Assembly: GCA_041572575.1 (NCBI GenBank)
Contig: JBFFSH010000040.1
Location: 1 to 22,298 of the forward strand
Reading direction: 5' to 3'
From: Thermodesulfobacteriota bacterium
GTDB lineage: Bacteria; Desulfobacterota_D; UBA1144; Nemesobacterales; N074bin48
Length of the DNA: 22,298 nucleotides
Positions 7,883-17,445 of the stretch are shown one piece after another; the stretch's first letter is position 1, and each line of letters starts with the position of its first letter. The notes beneath the pieces were generated by a model that saw only the letters and a list, made by a program, of their open reading frames with translations, did no database searches and was not told the origin of the DNA. The position numbers and the translations under genes are program-made.

Positions 7883-8250
7883 ATGAATCTTAAAATAATT
7901 TATATATCTGCTTTCAGACCAATTATAACATTGACTACTGATTTTGGTATGTATGATGGTTATGCAGGAATGATGATATGAGATTGATGCTATCAATAAA
8001 TCCCATTGCCGATATGGTAGTTATATCCCGTCACATAAGCTATCTAATCTACCAGGCTCCTATTATTTTTTTATAAAATTAAAAAAGTATTAACCCTCAA
8101 ATGCTAATTGTGTAGACGGAAAATGGAACACTATAATTTTATTTTAATAAAGGAAGATCGATACTTTTTCTCAAATACTGATTGTATTTGGAAAATATAA
8201 ATCCAATATTTTAAGGGAGAGATATATTTGCTCCGGTTACGGTTTATTCA
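7883..8250 (+). pseudogene. Degraded DUF62-family gene (SAM hydroxide adenosyltransferase / SAM-dependent chlorinase-fluorinase family)
   Basis: 7883-7981 reads MNLKIIYISAFRPIITLTTDFGMYDGYAGMMI*. After a frameshift, 7984 onward reads LMLSINPIADMVVISRHI. 8182-8241 reads LYLENINPIF*GRDIFAPVT. These match the family motifs IITLTTDFG..D.Y.G.MKGVI..INP....VDISH and TFHGRDIFAPVA. Confidence 0.8.
7922..7930 (-). promoter_or_regulatory. Putative extended -10 promoter element for the MBL hydrolase gene
   Basis: The minus strand reads TGTTATAAT (7930->7922), about 60 nt upstream of the start codon at 7862. Confidence 0.4.
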
Positions 8251-8358
8251 TTTTTAATAACATCTTTTTTAATTAATTATAAATAGAAATTTTTATTATA
8301 AAATATTGTTTAATTATATATATTTTTCATATAGAATATAATATTTCGGTCTAATAAA

Positions 8359-9483
8359 ATGGAATACAATTTAGAATCCATACCTGAAAACCTAAGGAGA
8401 TTTATAGATCCTTCACTCGACCGTGATACTAGAATCATGGCCGCTAGGGGACTTGTACCGATTCCTCCCGAGGATATGGCTTTGGTGCTATACTATCTTA
8501 CGTTTGACAAGGATGATGAGGTAGTAAATGAATCTAAACAATCTCTTTTTACTCTTCCGTATAATACTTTGGAAAGAGTACTGTCCAATGAATCTGTACC
8601 TGATGGATTATTAGACTATTTTGCTAAAAATACAGAAAATGATATTCATTTTGAAAAAATTATCATAAATAATGCAACATCTGATTCTACAATACAGTAT
8701 CTTGCAGAAAACATTCATAATCAATACCTTATCGAACTCATTTCTGATAACCATCAGAGAATCCTCCGCTCTCATGAAATAGTCTATGCCCTTAGTAAAA
8801 ACCCTGCTATCAGCAGATCAAATCTGGATAAGGTCATTTCGTTTATATCCCTATATCTTGAAAAAGAGGTTAACATTCCTCAAGCTCTACAGGATAGTTC
8901 TGAAGAGCCTCAGCAAGTTGATCAAAGTGAAGCCATTGTGGAGTCAGTTGAAAGTTCTTTTCTGGATGAAGTAGAAATCCCGGAAGAATTTTTAGAAGAA
9001 GAGGGTGAAGAAGGCGAATTGGATCTTGAAGAAGAGCAATCCCCAAAATATCAGAACCTATTTTTTGCAATAAAAAGCATGACACTTCCAGAGAAGCTAA
9101 AGTTATGTATCATGGGTAATGCAGAAGCAAGAAGAATACTTGTTAAAGAACCAAACAGGGTAGTTGCACTTGCAGCGCTTAAAAATCCAAGAATGACAGA
9201 TATGGAAATTAATATTGCAGCGCAGTCAACCTCAGTTAGCGAGGAAGTTCTAAGAGAAATAAGTAATAACAGAGACTGGACTAAACACTACGATATAAAG
9301 GTATCACTTGTTACAAACCCCAAGTCACCGGCAGATGTTTCTATGAACTTCATTCGTCATATGAGAGATAAAGATCTAAAACTGTTAAGCAGAAGTAAAA
9401 ATGTTCCCGGAGTTGTGAGTACTGCTGCCAGAAGAATCTTGATGCAAAAAGAGGAATCTCAAAAACTTAAGCTGCAATCATAG
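8359..9483 (+). CDS. Conserved hypothetical alpha-helical repeat (HEAT/LRV-like) protein with acidic linker
   Basis: Repeated L-x-x-N-P helical units (ALSKNP, AALKNPRMT, LVTNPKSP), GNAEARRILVKEPNRVV, and a central Glu-rich tract. Confidence 0.7.
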   Translation: MEYNLESIPENLRRFIDPSLDRDTRIMAARGLVPIPPEDMALVLYYLTFDKDDEVVNESKQSLFTLPYNTLERVLSNESVPDGLLDYFAKNTENDIHFEKIIINNATSDSTIQYLAENIHNQYLIELISDNHQRILRSHEIVYALSKNPAISRSNLDKVISFISLYLEKEVNIPQALQDSSEEPQQVDQSEAIVESVESSFLDEVEIPEEFLEEEGEEGELDLEEEQSPKYQNLFFAIKSMTLPEKLKLCIMGNAEARRILVKEPNRVVALAALKNPRMTDMEINIAAQSTSVSEEVLREISNNRDWTKHYDIKVSLVTNPKSPADVSMNFIRHMRDKDLKLLSRSKNVPGVVSTAARRILMQKEESQKLKLQS

Positions 9484-9491
9484 TTTTTTTA

Positions 9492-10442
9492 ATGGGTAAA
9501 CAATTATCATATGACGAAATAATAATTCCAAAGAGTTTTGCAGGGAAAAGAGCCGATACCACTATTTCTGATTTACTTCCTTCGATTACTAGAGTGCAGA
9601 TAAAGCGCCTTATTGATGAACATCATATCCTGATCAATGAACTTCCTTTTAAACCTTCCAGAAAGCTTTCTGGCGGTGAAACTGTAAGAATAGAGCATGT
9701 AGAACCAGAAGAAATAGATATAGTACCTCAAGATATTGAAATTGATTTTATATACGAAGATAGAGATATAGTAGTTATTAACAAACCACCGGGCATTAGT
9801 GTTCACCCGGGAGCCGGAATAAAAAGTGGCACGCTTGTAAATGCGCTTCTGTATAAATGCAAAAACCTCTCGGGAATTGGAGGGAAGATAAGACCGGGGA
9901 TTGTGCACCGTCTTGATAAGGATACCTCAGGAATAATGGTGGTTGCCAAGAATAATTTGTCTCATAACCATCTGGTGGAGCAGTTTAAGGGCAGAACTAT
10001 TAAGAAGAAATATTTAGCGCTTCTAATTGGCAATCCAAAAGAGCAAACCGGAGAAATAACGCTTCCAATTGGAAGGCACAGGACAAACAGGATAAAATTC
10101 TCATCAGATTCAAACAGCACTAAAACTGCGCTTACCAAATGGTCTGTGGTAAAAAGATTTAAGGGGGCGTGTCTTTGCGAGGCTGAACCTTACACAGGGA
10201 GGACTCATCAGATAAGGGTTCATTTTTCAGAGATAGGCTATCCTGTATTGGGCGATAAGCTTTATGGTAAAAAAATACAGGATGCGGTTATAAATAATAT
10301 TTCTAAAAACCTGGGCAGGCAGGCTCTTCATGCATTTTCACTATCATTTGAACATCCAAGAGATGGTAAATCTCTTTATTTTGAAGCGCAAATACCTCAT
10401 GATATGAAAGAGGCTATAAGAGAGTTAGAGGGTTATGTCTAA
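9492..10442 (+). CDS. rluD: RluA-family 23S rRNA pseudouridine synthase with N-terminal S4 domain
   Basis: VINKPPGISVHPG, RPGIVHRLDKDTSG (catalytic Asp), TGRTHQIRVH, GDKLYG, RQALHA; upstream of pgeF as is typical. Confidence 0.92.
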   Translation: MGKQLSYDEIIIPKSFAGKRADTTISDLLPSITRVQIKRLIDEHHILINELPFKPSRKLSGGETVRIEHVEPEEIDIVPQDIEIDFIYEDRDIVVINKPPGISVHPGAGIKSGTLVNALLYKCKNLSGIGGKIRPGIVHRLDKDTSGIMVVAKNNLSHNHLVEQFKGRTIKKKYLALLIGNPKEQTGEITLPIGRHRTNRIKFSSDSNSTKTALTKWSVVKRFKGACLCEAEPYTGRTHQIRVHFSEIGYPVLGDKLYGKKIQDAVINNISKNLGRQALHAFSLSFEHPRDGKSLYFEAQIPHDMKEAIRELEGYV

Positions 10443-11106
10443 TAAGGAATTGAATATTGAGGTTTCAGACAAACTATCTCAATTTGATAATATTATTGAA
10501 TATGGTTTTTGCAATAAAAGCACTCAACTGGGATTTGATCATAATATAGTTACTTTAAAACAGATTCATAGTAAGCAAGTGCACCGGATTGATCACAATA
10601 CCGATTATACCAATTTGCAAGGCGATGCGCTTATTACCGATGTCCCTGGAGTTCGTATTGGTATTTATACTGCCGATTGTGTTCCTGTTTTGTTGTATGA
10701 CATATCCAAATCAGTAATTGGAGCTGTACATGCAGGGTGGAGAGGTACATTTAGCGATATAATTTCTGAGACGGTTACTGCTATGAAAAGCGTCTATAAC
10801 AGTGATCCTGAAGATATTATTTCAGTAATTGGGCCGTGCATTAGTATATGCTGTTTTGAGGTTGATGGTGATGTTGCTATAAAATTCATTGAAAAATATG
10901 AAGAAACTGATAGTTTTATTTACCCAAACGGTGAAAAATATATGATAGACTTGGCGCAAATCAATAAACAAAGCCTCAAACACGCCGGACTGAGCAACAT
11001 AGAAGTTATTGATATTTGTACTAAGTGTGATTTGGGTTATCACTCTTATAGAAGGGAAGGGGCAGGGGTAGGAAGGCAGCTTAGTTTTATAGGTATTAAG
11101 ATATAA
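10435..11106 (+). CDS. pgeF: PgeF/YfiH (DUF152) peptidoglycan editing factor / purine nucleoside phosphorylase
   Basis: QIHS, GDALIT, TADCVPVL, AVHAGWRG, IGPCI, CT and SYRREG..GRQ motifs; conserved rluD-pgeF pairing. Confidence 0.92.
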   Translation: MSNKELNIEVSDKLSQFDNIIEYGFCNKSTQLGFDHNIVTLKQIHSKQVHRIDHNTDYTNLQGDALITDVPGVRIGIYTADCVPVLLYDISKSVIGAVHAGWRGTFSDIISETVTAMKSVYNSDPEDIISVIGPCISICCFEVDGDVAIKFIEKYEETDSFIYPNGEKYMIDLAQINKQSLKHAGLSNIEVIDICTKCDLGYHSYRREGAGVGRQLSFIGIKI

Positions 11107-11121
11107 TTAGGAGGAACATGG

Positions 11122-11556
11122 ATGTTAACATTAATGAGCTGGGTGGAATCTGAAGATTACTGGAATATTAACAGACTGGATAATGAAGGACGGCAGCTTG
11201 ATTATTACGCCTACAGATTTGAAGTCTCAGGGGGGAGTGAATCTCAGGGTGTTAGTAAAGTAAGTGTAGTAGTGGTTGAATTAATAAGCGCAAAGATTGC
11301 TGTGGGCTATGTACTTCCAGATCATATTGAAATAAAATCTGAATTTAAAATAGGTTTTATTTGTCAGGATAAACCTACAGAAGATATATCTTTTGTTTGT
11401 AAACTTTCTGAAGAAGTTAAAAAAGCCAATTATAACGGCGATGATTTGGAAAAATTAGAATACATTGGGTTTTCTCTTGAAAAGTTCTATGAAAACCAGG
11501 GTGCCAAATTTTATATGCAGGATTTAAGAGGAGCGCCTGCTACAGCTGAAAAATAA
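11122..11556 (+). CDS. Hypothetical protein
   Basis: 144-aa ORF with a strong SD (AGGAGG 11109-11114, 7 nt before ATG); no motif recognised. Confidence 0.75.
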   Translation: MLTLMSWVESEDYWNINRLDNEGRQLDYYAYRFEVSGGSESQGVSKVSVVVVELISAKIAVGYVLPDHIEIKSEFKIGFICQDKPTEDISFVCKLSEEVKKANYNGDDLEKLEYIGFSLEKFYENQGAKFYMQDLRGAPATAEK

Positions 11557-11611
11557 TATTTTTACTTTTAATAATTTATTTATCTAATACTGATAATCCA
11601 AGGATATAACT

Positions 11612-12814
11612 GTGAAAAGAAAAATAGTTCTAGCATATTCGGGTGGTCTTGATACCTCAATAATCCTAAGATGGCTCATTGAACAATATGATGCCGATGT
11701 GATTGCATACGTAGCTGATGTTGGTCAGGGTGAAGACCTTAAGGCTGCAAAGGATAAAGCTCTAAAAACAGGTGCATCAAAAGTTTATGTAGAAGACCTG
11801 AAAAAAGAGTTTGTTAAAGAGTTTGTATTTACTTCCATTAAGGCCGATGCTGTTTATGAAGGAGAATATCTGCTTGGAACCTCGCTTGCCCGCCCTATTA
11901 TAGCAAAGAGGCAGATCGAGATTGCCAGGAAAGAAAAAGCTTTTGCGGTTTCACATGGTGCTACCGGTAAGGGCAATGATCAGGTTCGGTTTGAGCTTAC
12001 CTTTTATTCGCTTGACCCTAAAATAAAAGTGATAGCTCCCTGGAGAGAATGGGATATGAAATCCCGTACAGACCTAATTAATTTTGCAAGAAAACATAAG
12101 ATCCCTGTGCCAGTTTCCAAGGCAAAGCCATATAGCTGTGACAGGAACATCTTTCATACAAGCTACGAAGGTGGAATATTGGAAGATCCATGGACTGAGC
12201 CTCCTGAGAGTATGTTTGAGTTAACTGTCTCGCCTGAGAAAGCTCCCGATAAAGCTAAATATCTGGACATTGAATTTAAAACCGGTGAGCCCGTAAAAAT
12301 TGATGGTAAAAGATTTAAGCCTGTAGAATTACTTTCTGAATTAAATAAAATTGCCGGCAAGAACGGAGTAGGGAGAGTGGATATTGTAGAAAATAGATAT
12401 GTGGGAATGAAGTCAAGAGGAGTATATGAGACACCAGGAGGGACACTTCTCTTGGCAGCACACAGAGCCGTCGAATCCCTAACGCTTGATAGAGAGGTTA
12501 TGCATTTAAGGGATTCTCTAATCTCAAAATTTTCTGAACTGGTTTACTATGGCTACTGGTATACTCCGGAAATGGAAATGTTAAGGGCAGCTATCGATGA
12601 GTCTCAGAAAAATGTAAATGGTACAGCAAGACTCAAAATTTATAAAGGCAATGTAATAGTCGTTGGCAGAAAATCACCTAACTCTCTTTATGATGAAGAG
12701 CTTGCAACTTTTGAAGAAGATACAGTCTACGATCAGTCGGATGCAACCGGATTTATCAAACTAAATGCTCTCAGGCTTGCAGTTAGGGAACTTTCAAAGA
12801 AGGGAAAACGATAA
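11612..12814 (+). CDS. argG: Argininosuccinate synthase
   Basis: [37 protein letters not shown] and [11 protein letters not shown] motifs; GTG start. Confidence 0.97.
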   Translation: MKRKIVLAYSGGLDTSIILRWLIEQYDADVIAYVADVGQGEDLKAAKDKALKTGASKVYVEDLKKEFVKEFVFTSIKADAVYEGEYLLGTSLARPIIAKRQIEIARKEKAFAVSHGATGKGNDQVRFELTFYSLDPKIKVIAPWREWDMKSRTDLINFARKHKIPVPVSKAKPYSCDRNIFHTSYEGGILEDPWTEPPESMFELTVSPEKAPDKAKYLDIEFKTGEPVKIDGKRFKPVELLSELNKIAGKNGVGRVDIVENRYVGMKSRGVYETPGGTLLLAAHRAVESLTLDREVMHLRDSLISKFSELVYYGYWYTPEMEMLRAAIDESQKNVNGTARLKIYKGNVIVVGRKSPNSLYDEELATFEEDTVYDQSDATGFIKLNALRLAVRELSKKGKR

Positions 12815-12852
12815 GCTGCAGAAGACATGGCCTATAGTTTGTTTCTAACTAA

Positions 12853-13860
12853 ATGAAAACATCCGAATTTGATTATGAATTGCCCCCGGAATATATTGCC
12901 TATTATCCGTCTGAACAAAAAGAATCATGCAAATTAGAGATAGTAAACAGGTCTGAAAATAAGCTATATCATAAGCAGTTCTCTAATATTGTTGATTATC
13001 TTGATTGTGGCGATGTGCTTGTCTTAAATAACACAATGGTTATTCCTGCAAGGATCTGCGGTGCATCTGAGAGTAGAGATGATATAGAAATTCTGCTTTT
13101 ACAAAAGAAGGACAGTAATATTTGGTCCTGTCTTATGAAAAAACCAAAGCAGGGGCAGCAGATTAATATTGATGATGATCTAAGTGCTGTAGTCCGTAAA
13201 GAAAGTTCTGGAGAAATATTGCTGGAATTTAATTCAGAAATAGACAGCTATATTGATAAGAAGGGGTATATGCCGCTTCCTCCTTATATTGAAAGAAAAC
13301 CAGATAAGTCAGACAGAGATAATTATCAGACCGTGTATGCTAAACATAAAGGGTCGGTAGCGGCGCCTACCGCTGGTCTGCACTTTACAGATGCACTGTT
13401 GCAAAGTATAAGTGATAAGGGAGTAGCTATAGAGTATGTAACACTGCATGTTGGCTACGGCACTTTTAAACCTGTTAAATCGGAAAATGTAGAAGATCAT
13501 AGTATGCATAGTGAATACTATGAAATAGGAGAGAAAGCCTGCAATTCGATAAGTCTTGCAAAACAAAGGGGCAAAAAAGTTGTAGCGGTTGGTACTACTT
13601 CTTTAAGGACGCTTGAATCAAGCGTAAATGAGGATGGAGAGATTAATCCTCAAAGAGGCACAACCGAGTTATTCATTTATCCGGGCTATGAATTCAAGGT
13701 CGTAGATTCATTGATTACTAATTTCCATATGCCCCGTTCAACACTTTTTATGCTGGTATGTGCTTTTGCTGGAAAAGAGCTTATTATCAATGCATACGAA
13801 CAAGCGAAAAAAAACAGATACAGATTTTTAAGTTATGGGGATGCAATGATAATATTATGA
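12853..13860 (+). CDS. queA: S-adenosylmethionine:tRNA ribosyltransferase-isomerase
   Basis: FDYELP, PLPPYI, YQTVYA..GSVAAPTAGLHFT, TLHVG, VGTTSLRTLES, LITNFH and YRFLSYGDAM motifs. Confidence 0.97.
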   Translation: MKTSEFDYELPPEYIAYYPSEQKESCKLEIVNRSENKLYHKQFSNIVDYLDCGDVLVLNNTMVIPARICGASESRDDIEILLLQKKDSNIWSCLMKKPKQGQQINIDDDLSAVVRKESSGEILLEFNSEIDSYIDKKGYMPLPPYIERKPDKSDRDNYQTVYAKHKGSVAAPTAGLHFTDALLQSISDKGVAIEYVTLHVGYGTFKPVKSENVEDHSMHSEYYEIGEKACNSISLAKQRGKKVVAVGTTSLRTLESSVNEDGEINPQRGTTELFIYPGYEFKVVDSLITNFHMPRSTLFMLVCAFAGKELIINAYEQAKKNRYRFLSYGDAMIIL

Positions 13861-15116
13861 AACTAAAAATAGAAAAACTGATATATGGCGGGTACGGGTT
13901 AGCACGTACTGATGAAAAGACTGTCTTTGTAACAGGCGGAGTACCTGGTGAAGAAGTCAAAGTCCAAATAACTGAGGAGAAAAAGAGCTACAGCATTGCA
14001 GAGATCTCTGCAATTATCGAGCCTTCTGAGTATAGGGTAGAGCCAGTATGTGAATATTTCGGTAAGTGTGGTGGATGTCAGTGGCAGCATATTGACTATG
14101 GATATCAGATAAAGTCCAAAGAGGCTATTTTAAAAGAATCATTAGAAAAGATTGCCGGTATTACGGATTTACAGATAGAACCTATCGTAGCTTCGCCCAA
14201 TCAGTATAAGTATAGGGTCAGGGCGACGATACACGTTGATACTGTAAAGGGAAAACATGTGATCGGATTCAAAGAGGAAAAATCACATGTACTTGTTCCA
14301 ATTGATCATTGTGAGATATGTTCACCTGTTATCTCTCAGCTTGTTAAGAAAATATCAAAGTTCCTTGTAAAATATCAGTCAAAAACTCTGCCTATTGATA
14401 TGATATATATTCTAGATTCCCAATCTATACCTGCTTTATCGCTTTCACCCAAAAAGGACAGTTCGCATGATGAGGTAATTAAACTGTATTACTATCTTAA
14501 GGAGCGAATCCAGGGAGTAAATATTTCGGTTGATAACAGTGATGAAAATACTGCTAATCTTGAGGTTTCGAGACTAGAATTCATAACAAGTGCATCGGTC
14601 TTTGCACAGGCAAATCCACAGATAAATGAGCTTCTAATTAAGACTTTAATAGATTGGGCAGATTTGAATAAAGATCACAATGTGTTGGATCTGTACTGCG
14701 GTTATGGAAACTTTTCACTTCATCTTGCAAAAAAAGCAAAGTTTGTACTTAGCATTGATAATAATAAAAAGGCTATTAAGTATGCTATCAAAAATGCAAA
14801 GAAAAACCATATTAGAAACTGTCATTTTGAAGACTGGAATGTAGGAAAGTATCTTCAAAGACATAAACCTACCGAAAAACAGGAATTAATTGTTCTTGAT
14901 CCACCAAGGAACGGGGCTAAGGAAATAATTAAGTCTATCATTGAGATAAGTCCCAATAAAATATTGTATGTATCCTGCAATCCTACTACTCTTGCCAGAG
15001 ACCTAAAAGAATTAACCAGTGCCGGATATAAATTAAGAAAGGTTCAGCCTTTTGATATGTTTGCTCAAACATTTCATATAGAATCACTTTCACTTCTACA
15101 AAAAGAGTTGGAATAA
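13857..15116 (+). CDS. rlmD: 23S rRNA m5U1939 methyltransferase (TrmA/RlmD family)
   Basis: Start moved to ATG 13857 (ATGA overlap with the queA stop). TRAM domain, Fe-S motif CEYFGKCGGC...C, FAQAN, LDLYCGYG, LDPPRNG, YVSCNP, DMFAQTFHIE. Confidence 0.88.
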   Translation: MKLKIEKLIYGGYGLARTDEKTVFVTGGVPGEEVKVQITEEKKSYSIAEISAIIEPSEYRVEPVCEYFGKCGGCQWQHIDYGYQIKSKEAILKESLEKIAGITDLQIEPIVASPNQYKYRVRATIHVDTVKGKHVIGFKEEKSHVLVPIDHCEICSPVISQLVKKISKFLVKYQSKTLPIDMIYILDSQSIPALSLSPKKDSSHDEVIKLYYYLKERIQGVNISVDNSDENTANLEVSRLEFITSASVFAQANPQINELLIKTLIDWADLNKDHNVLDLYCGYGNFSLHLAKKAKFVLSIDNNKKAIKYAIKNAKKNHIRNCHFEDWNVGKYLQRHKPTEKQELIVLDPPRNGAKEIIKSIIEISPNKILYVSCNPTTLARDLKELTSAGYKLRKVQPFDMFAQTFHIESLSLLQKELE

Positions 15117-15171
15117 AGCGGTCATACTGATATAATCCAAAAATATTTATTTGATTTAATTGGAGGAAGTT

Positions 15172-16155
15172 ATGGCAGTACTCGTTACAGGTGCAACAGG
15201 GTTTTTGGGATCTCATATTGCAAGAAAACTCGTACAAAATGGTGAAGAAGTAAAAATACTGGTTCGAAAATCCAGCAAGACTGCCAATATTGACGACATA
15301 GAAGCCGAGCGTGTATATGGAGATGTGACAGATCTTGATTCTCTAAAGAGCGCTATTAAGGGTTGTGACAAACTTTTCCATACCGCCGGATTTGTTTCCT
15401 TTAGAAAAAAGGATCATCAGAAAATGCAGGATATTAACGTAGGTGGTGCCGTAAATGCGATGAAGGCAGCGCTTGATGCCGGGGTTAGTAAAGTAGTATA
15501 TACGAGTAGTGTTGCAGCAGTAGGAGTAGACCCGGCTGGAGGTGAAGCTAATGAAGAAACTAAATTCACCCTTGAATCAGAAAATATTCCTTATTTAAAT
15601 ACTAAATATCATGGAGAGGTCGAATCACTAAAATTTGTTGAGCAGGGCCTTCCGCTTGTTATTGTTAACCCATCTGTTGTAGTTGGCCCGGGGGATATTT
15701 ATCTCTCTAGCACAGCTTTTATTCAGTGGTACTGCAAAAAGAAGTTTCCGGGATATATGGACGGGACGATGAATATAGTTGATGTAGAAGACGTGGCTGA
15801 GGGTCATTTGCTCGCAGCAGAAAAAGGAAAGGTCGGAGAGCGTTATATACTTGGAAATACCAATCTTACAATTAATGAACTTTTTGATATGCTTGAGAGG
15901 CTTACCGGCATATCGAGACCTAAAATGAAAATACCGTATACTTTTGCTCTCGTATCCGGATATCTTGTAGAAAGAATTCTGGGGATTGGATTTCCTAATT
16001 ATTCTACTATGGATGTGGATTCAGTGAAACTATCGAAATATAAGTGGTTTGTAGACAGCTCAAAGGCTGAAAAAGAGCTAGGTTATAAAAAATCTGATAT
16101 AGAACAATCAATAAAAAAGACCGTTGACTGGTTTAAAGAAAACGGTTACCTCTAA
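15172..16155 (+). CDS. NAD-dependent epimerase/dehydratase, extended SDR (dihydroflavonol reductase/HpnA-like)
   Basis: Start moved to ATG 15172 (SD GGAGG 15162-15166; TGATATAAT at 15128-15136). VLVTGATGFLG, YTSS, YLNTK (YxxxK), VDVEDVAEGH and GERYILG motifs. Confidence 0.88.
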   Translation: MAVLVTGATGFLGSHIARKLVQNGEEVKILVRKSSKTANIDDIEAERVYGDVTDLDSLKSAIKGCDKLFHTAGFVSFRKKDHQKMQDINVGGAVNAMKAALDAGVSKVVYTSSVAAVGVDPAGGEANEETKFTLESENIPYLNTKYHGEVESLKFVEQGLPLVIVNPSVVVGPGDIYLSSTAFIQWYCKKKFPGYMDGTMNIVDVEDVAEGHLLAAEKGKVGERYILGNTNLTINELFDMLERLTGISRPKMKIPYTFALVSGYLVERILGIGFPNYSTMDVDSVKLSKYKWFVDSSKAEKELGYKKSDIEQSIKKTVDWFKENGYL

Positions 16156-16164
16156 ATACTAACT

Positions 16165-17235
16165 ATGGCTGCAAACAGTTTTGGAAATCATTTTAGAATA
16201 ACTACGTGGGGCGAATCGCATGGTACTGCCCTTGGTGTAGTACTGGACGGTTGTCCTTCTGGAATTGAAATCTCGGAGTCAGAAATACAGTTTGAACTGG
16301 ACAGAAGAAGGCCCGGTCAGAGTAAGATCACAACTCAAAGGAAAGAACCTGATAAAGTAGAAATTCTCTCCGGTGTGTTTGAAGGCAAAACACTTGGAAC
16401 CCCAATTGCAATGATAGTAAGAAATACGGATGCAATTTCCAAGTCCTATGATGATATAAAAGATACATACCGCCCTGGTCATGCTGATTTTACCTATGAT
16501 GAGAAGTATGGTTTTAGAGATCACAGAGGCGGCGGCAGGTCATCCAATCGTGAAACTATAGGAAGAGTTGCAGCAGCTGCAATTGCCAAGAAAATATTGT
16601 CGCTTCACGGGGTAAAAACATCGGGTTATGTAAAGCAAATTGGCAATATTATCTGTGATGTTACAGATCTTGATGAGATAGAAAACAATCCGGTCAGATG
16701 TGCAGACCCTGCAAAAGTCCAGCCCATGATAGATTTGATAGAATCGGTTAGAAAAGAGGGTGACTCAATAGGCGGGATAGTTGAGGTTATATCCCAGGGA
16801 GTGCCCAGTGGTCTGGGTACACCTGTATTCCATAAAATTGAGGCAGATCTTGCAGCCGGTATTATGAGCATCGGTGGGATCAGAGGTTTTGAGGTGGGGC
16901 TTGGCTTTAAAGTGGCAGAGATGAAAGGTTCTGAGTCCAATGATTTATTATATCAAAAAGAAGATGGCTCGCTGGGTTTTAAAACCAACAATGCCGGAGG
17001 CCTGCTTGGGGGAATTACAAATGGTGAAGATCTACTTGTGCGCATTGCTATTAAACCAACTTCATCAATTTCAAAGATTCAAAATACTGTGGACAAGTAC
17101 GGCAAACCTAAAGAGCTAAAAGTGAAAGGCAGGCATGATCCGTGCCTTTGTCCAAGAGCTGTTCCTATATTGGAAGCTATGGTTAATCTGGTTTTGGCTG
17201 ATCATCTATTGATTTCCAGACTTGCCAGAATCTAG
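16165..17235 (+). CDS. aroC: Chorismate synthase
   Basis: TTWGESHG, RRRPGQS, RPGHAD, RGGGRSS, NNAGGLLGGI, KPTSSI and GRHDPC motifs. Confidence 0.97.
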   Translation: MAANSFGNHFRITTWGESHGTALGVVLDGCPSGIEISESEIQFELDRRRPGQSKITTQRKEPDKVEILSGVFEGKTLGTPIAMIVRNTDAISKSYDDIKDTYRPGHADFTYDEKYGFRDHRGGGRSSNRETIGRVAAAAIAKKILSLHGVKTSGYVKQIGNIICDVTDLDEIENNPVRCADPAKVQPMIDLIESVRKEGDSIGGIVEVISQGVPSGLGTPVFHKIEADLAAGIMSIGGIRGFEVGLGFKVAEMKGSESNDLLYQKEDGSLGFKTNNAGGLLGGITNGEDLLVRIAIKPTSSISKIQNTVDKYGKPKELKVKGRHDPCLCPRAVPILEAMVNLVLADHLLISRLARI

Positions 17236-17445
17236 AAATTCTTAAAATACTGCTAAATATTAATATATTTGTTTTTGCTGAGTCAGCTCTGTCTAATACT
17301 CTTTTTACCTTAAGGTTTAACTTTTTTAAGTAAGTTCCATAAATTTATAGAATAAGTTGTTTAACTAAGACTTATAAAATACATAATTTTGTAATATAAT
17401 AATAGTTTAGTTCTATTAAGAAGTGTAGGGGAGATTTGCAGGATT

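Noticed and set aside
7883..8250. Functional fluorinase/chlorinase (halometabolite pathway)
   Set aside because: The gene is broken by stops and frameshifts, its GRD motif fits the hydrolase branch, and there is no biosynthetic context.
11118..11153. Out-of-frame mini-ORF MDVNINELGGI* next to the SD
   Set aside because: Its ATG is only 3 nt from AGGAGG, whereas the ATG at 11122 has optimal 7-nt spacing.
13758..13856. N-terminal extension of rlmD in the ORF track (similar extensions at 3095, 15160 and 21022)
   Set aside because: These extensions overlap upstream genes or SD sequences. Downstream ATGs (13857, 3119, 15172, 21040) fit translational coupling or SD spacing and family N-termini better.
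15172..16155. Assigning hpnA / a hopanoid biosynthesis cluster
   Set aside because: The family resemblance is generic to extended SDRs and no other hpn/shc genes are in the window.
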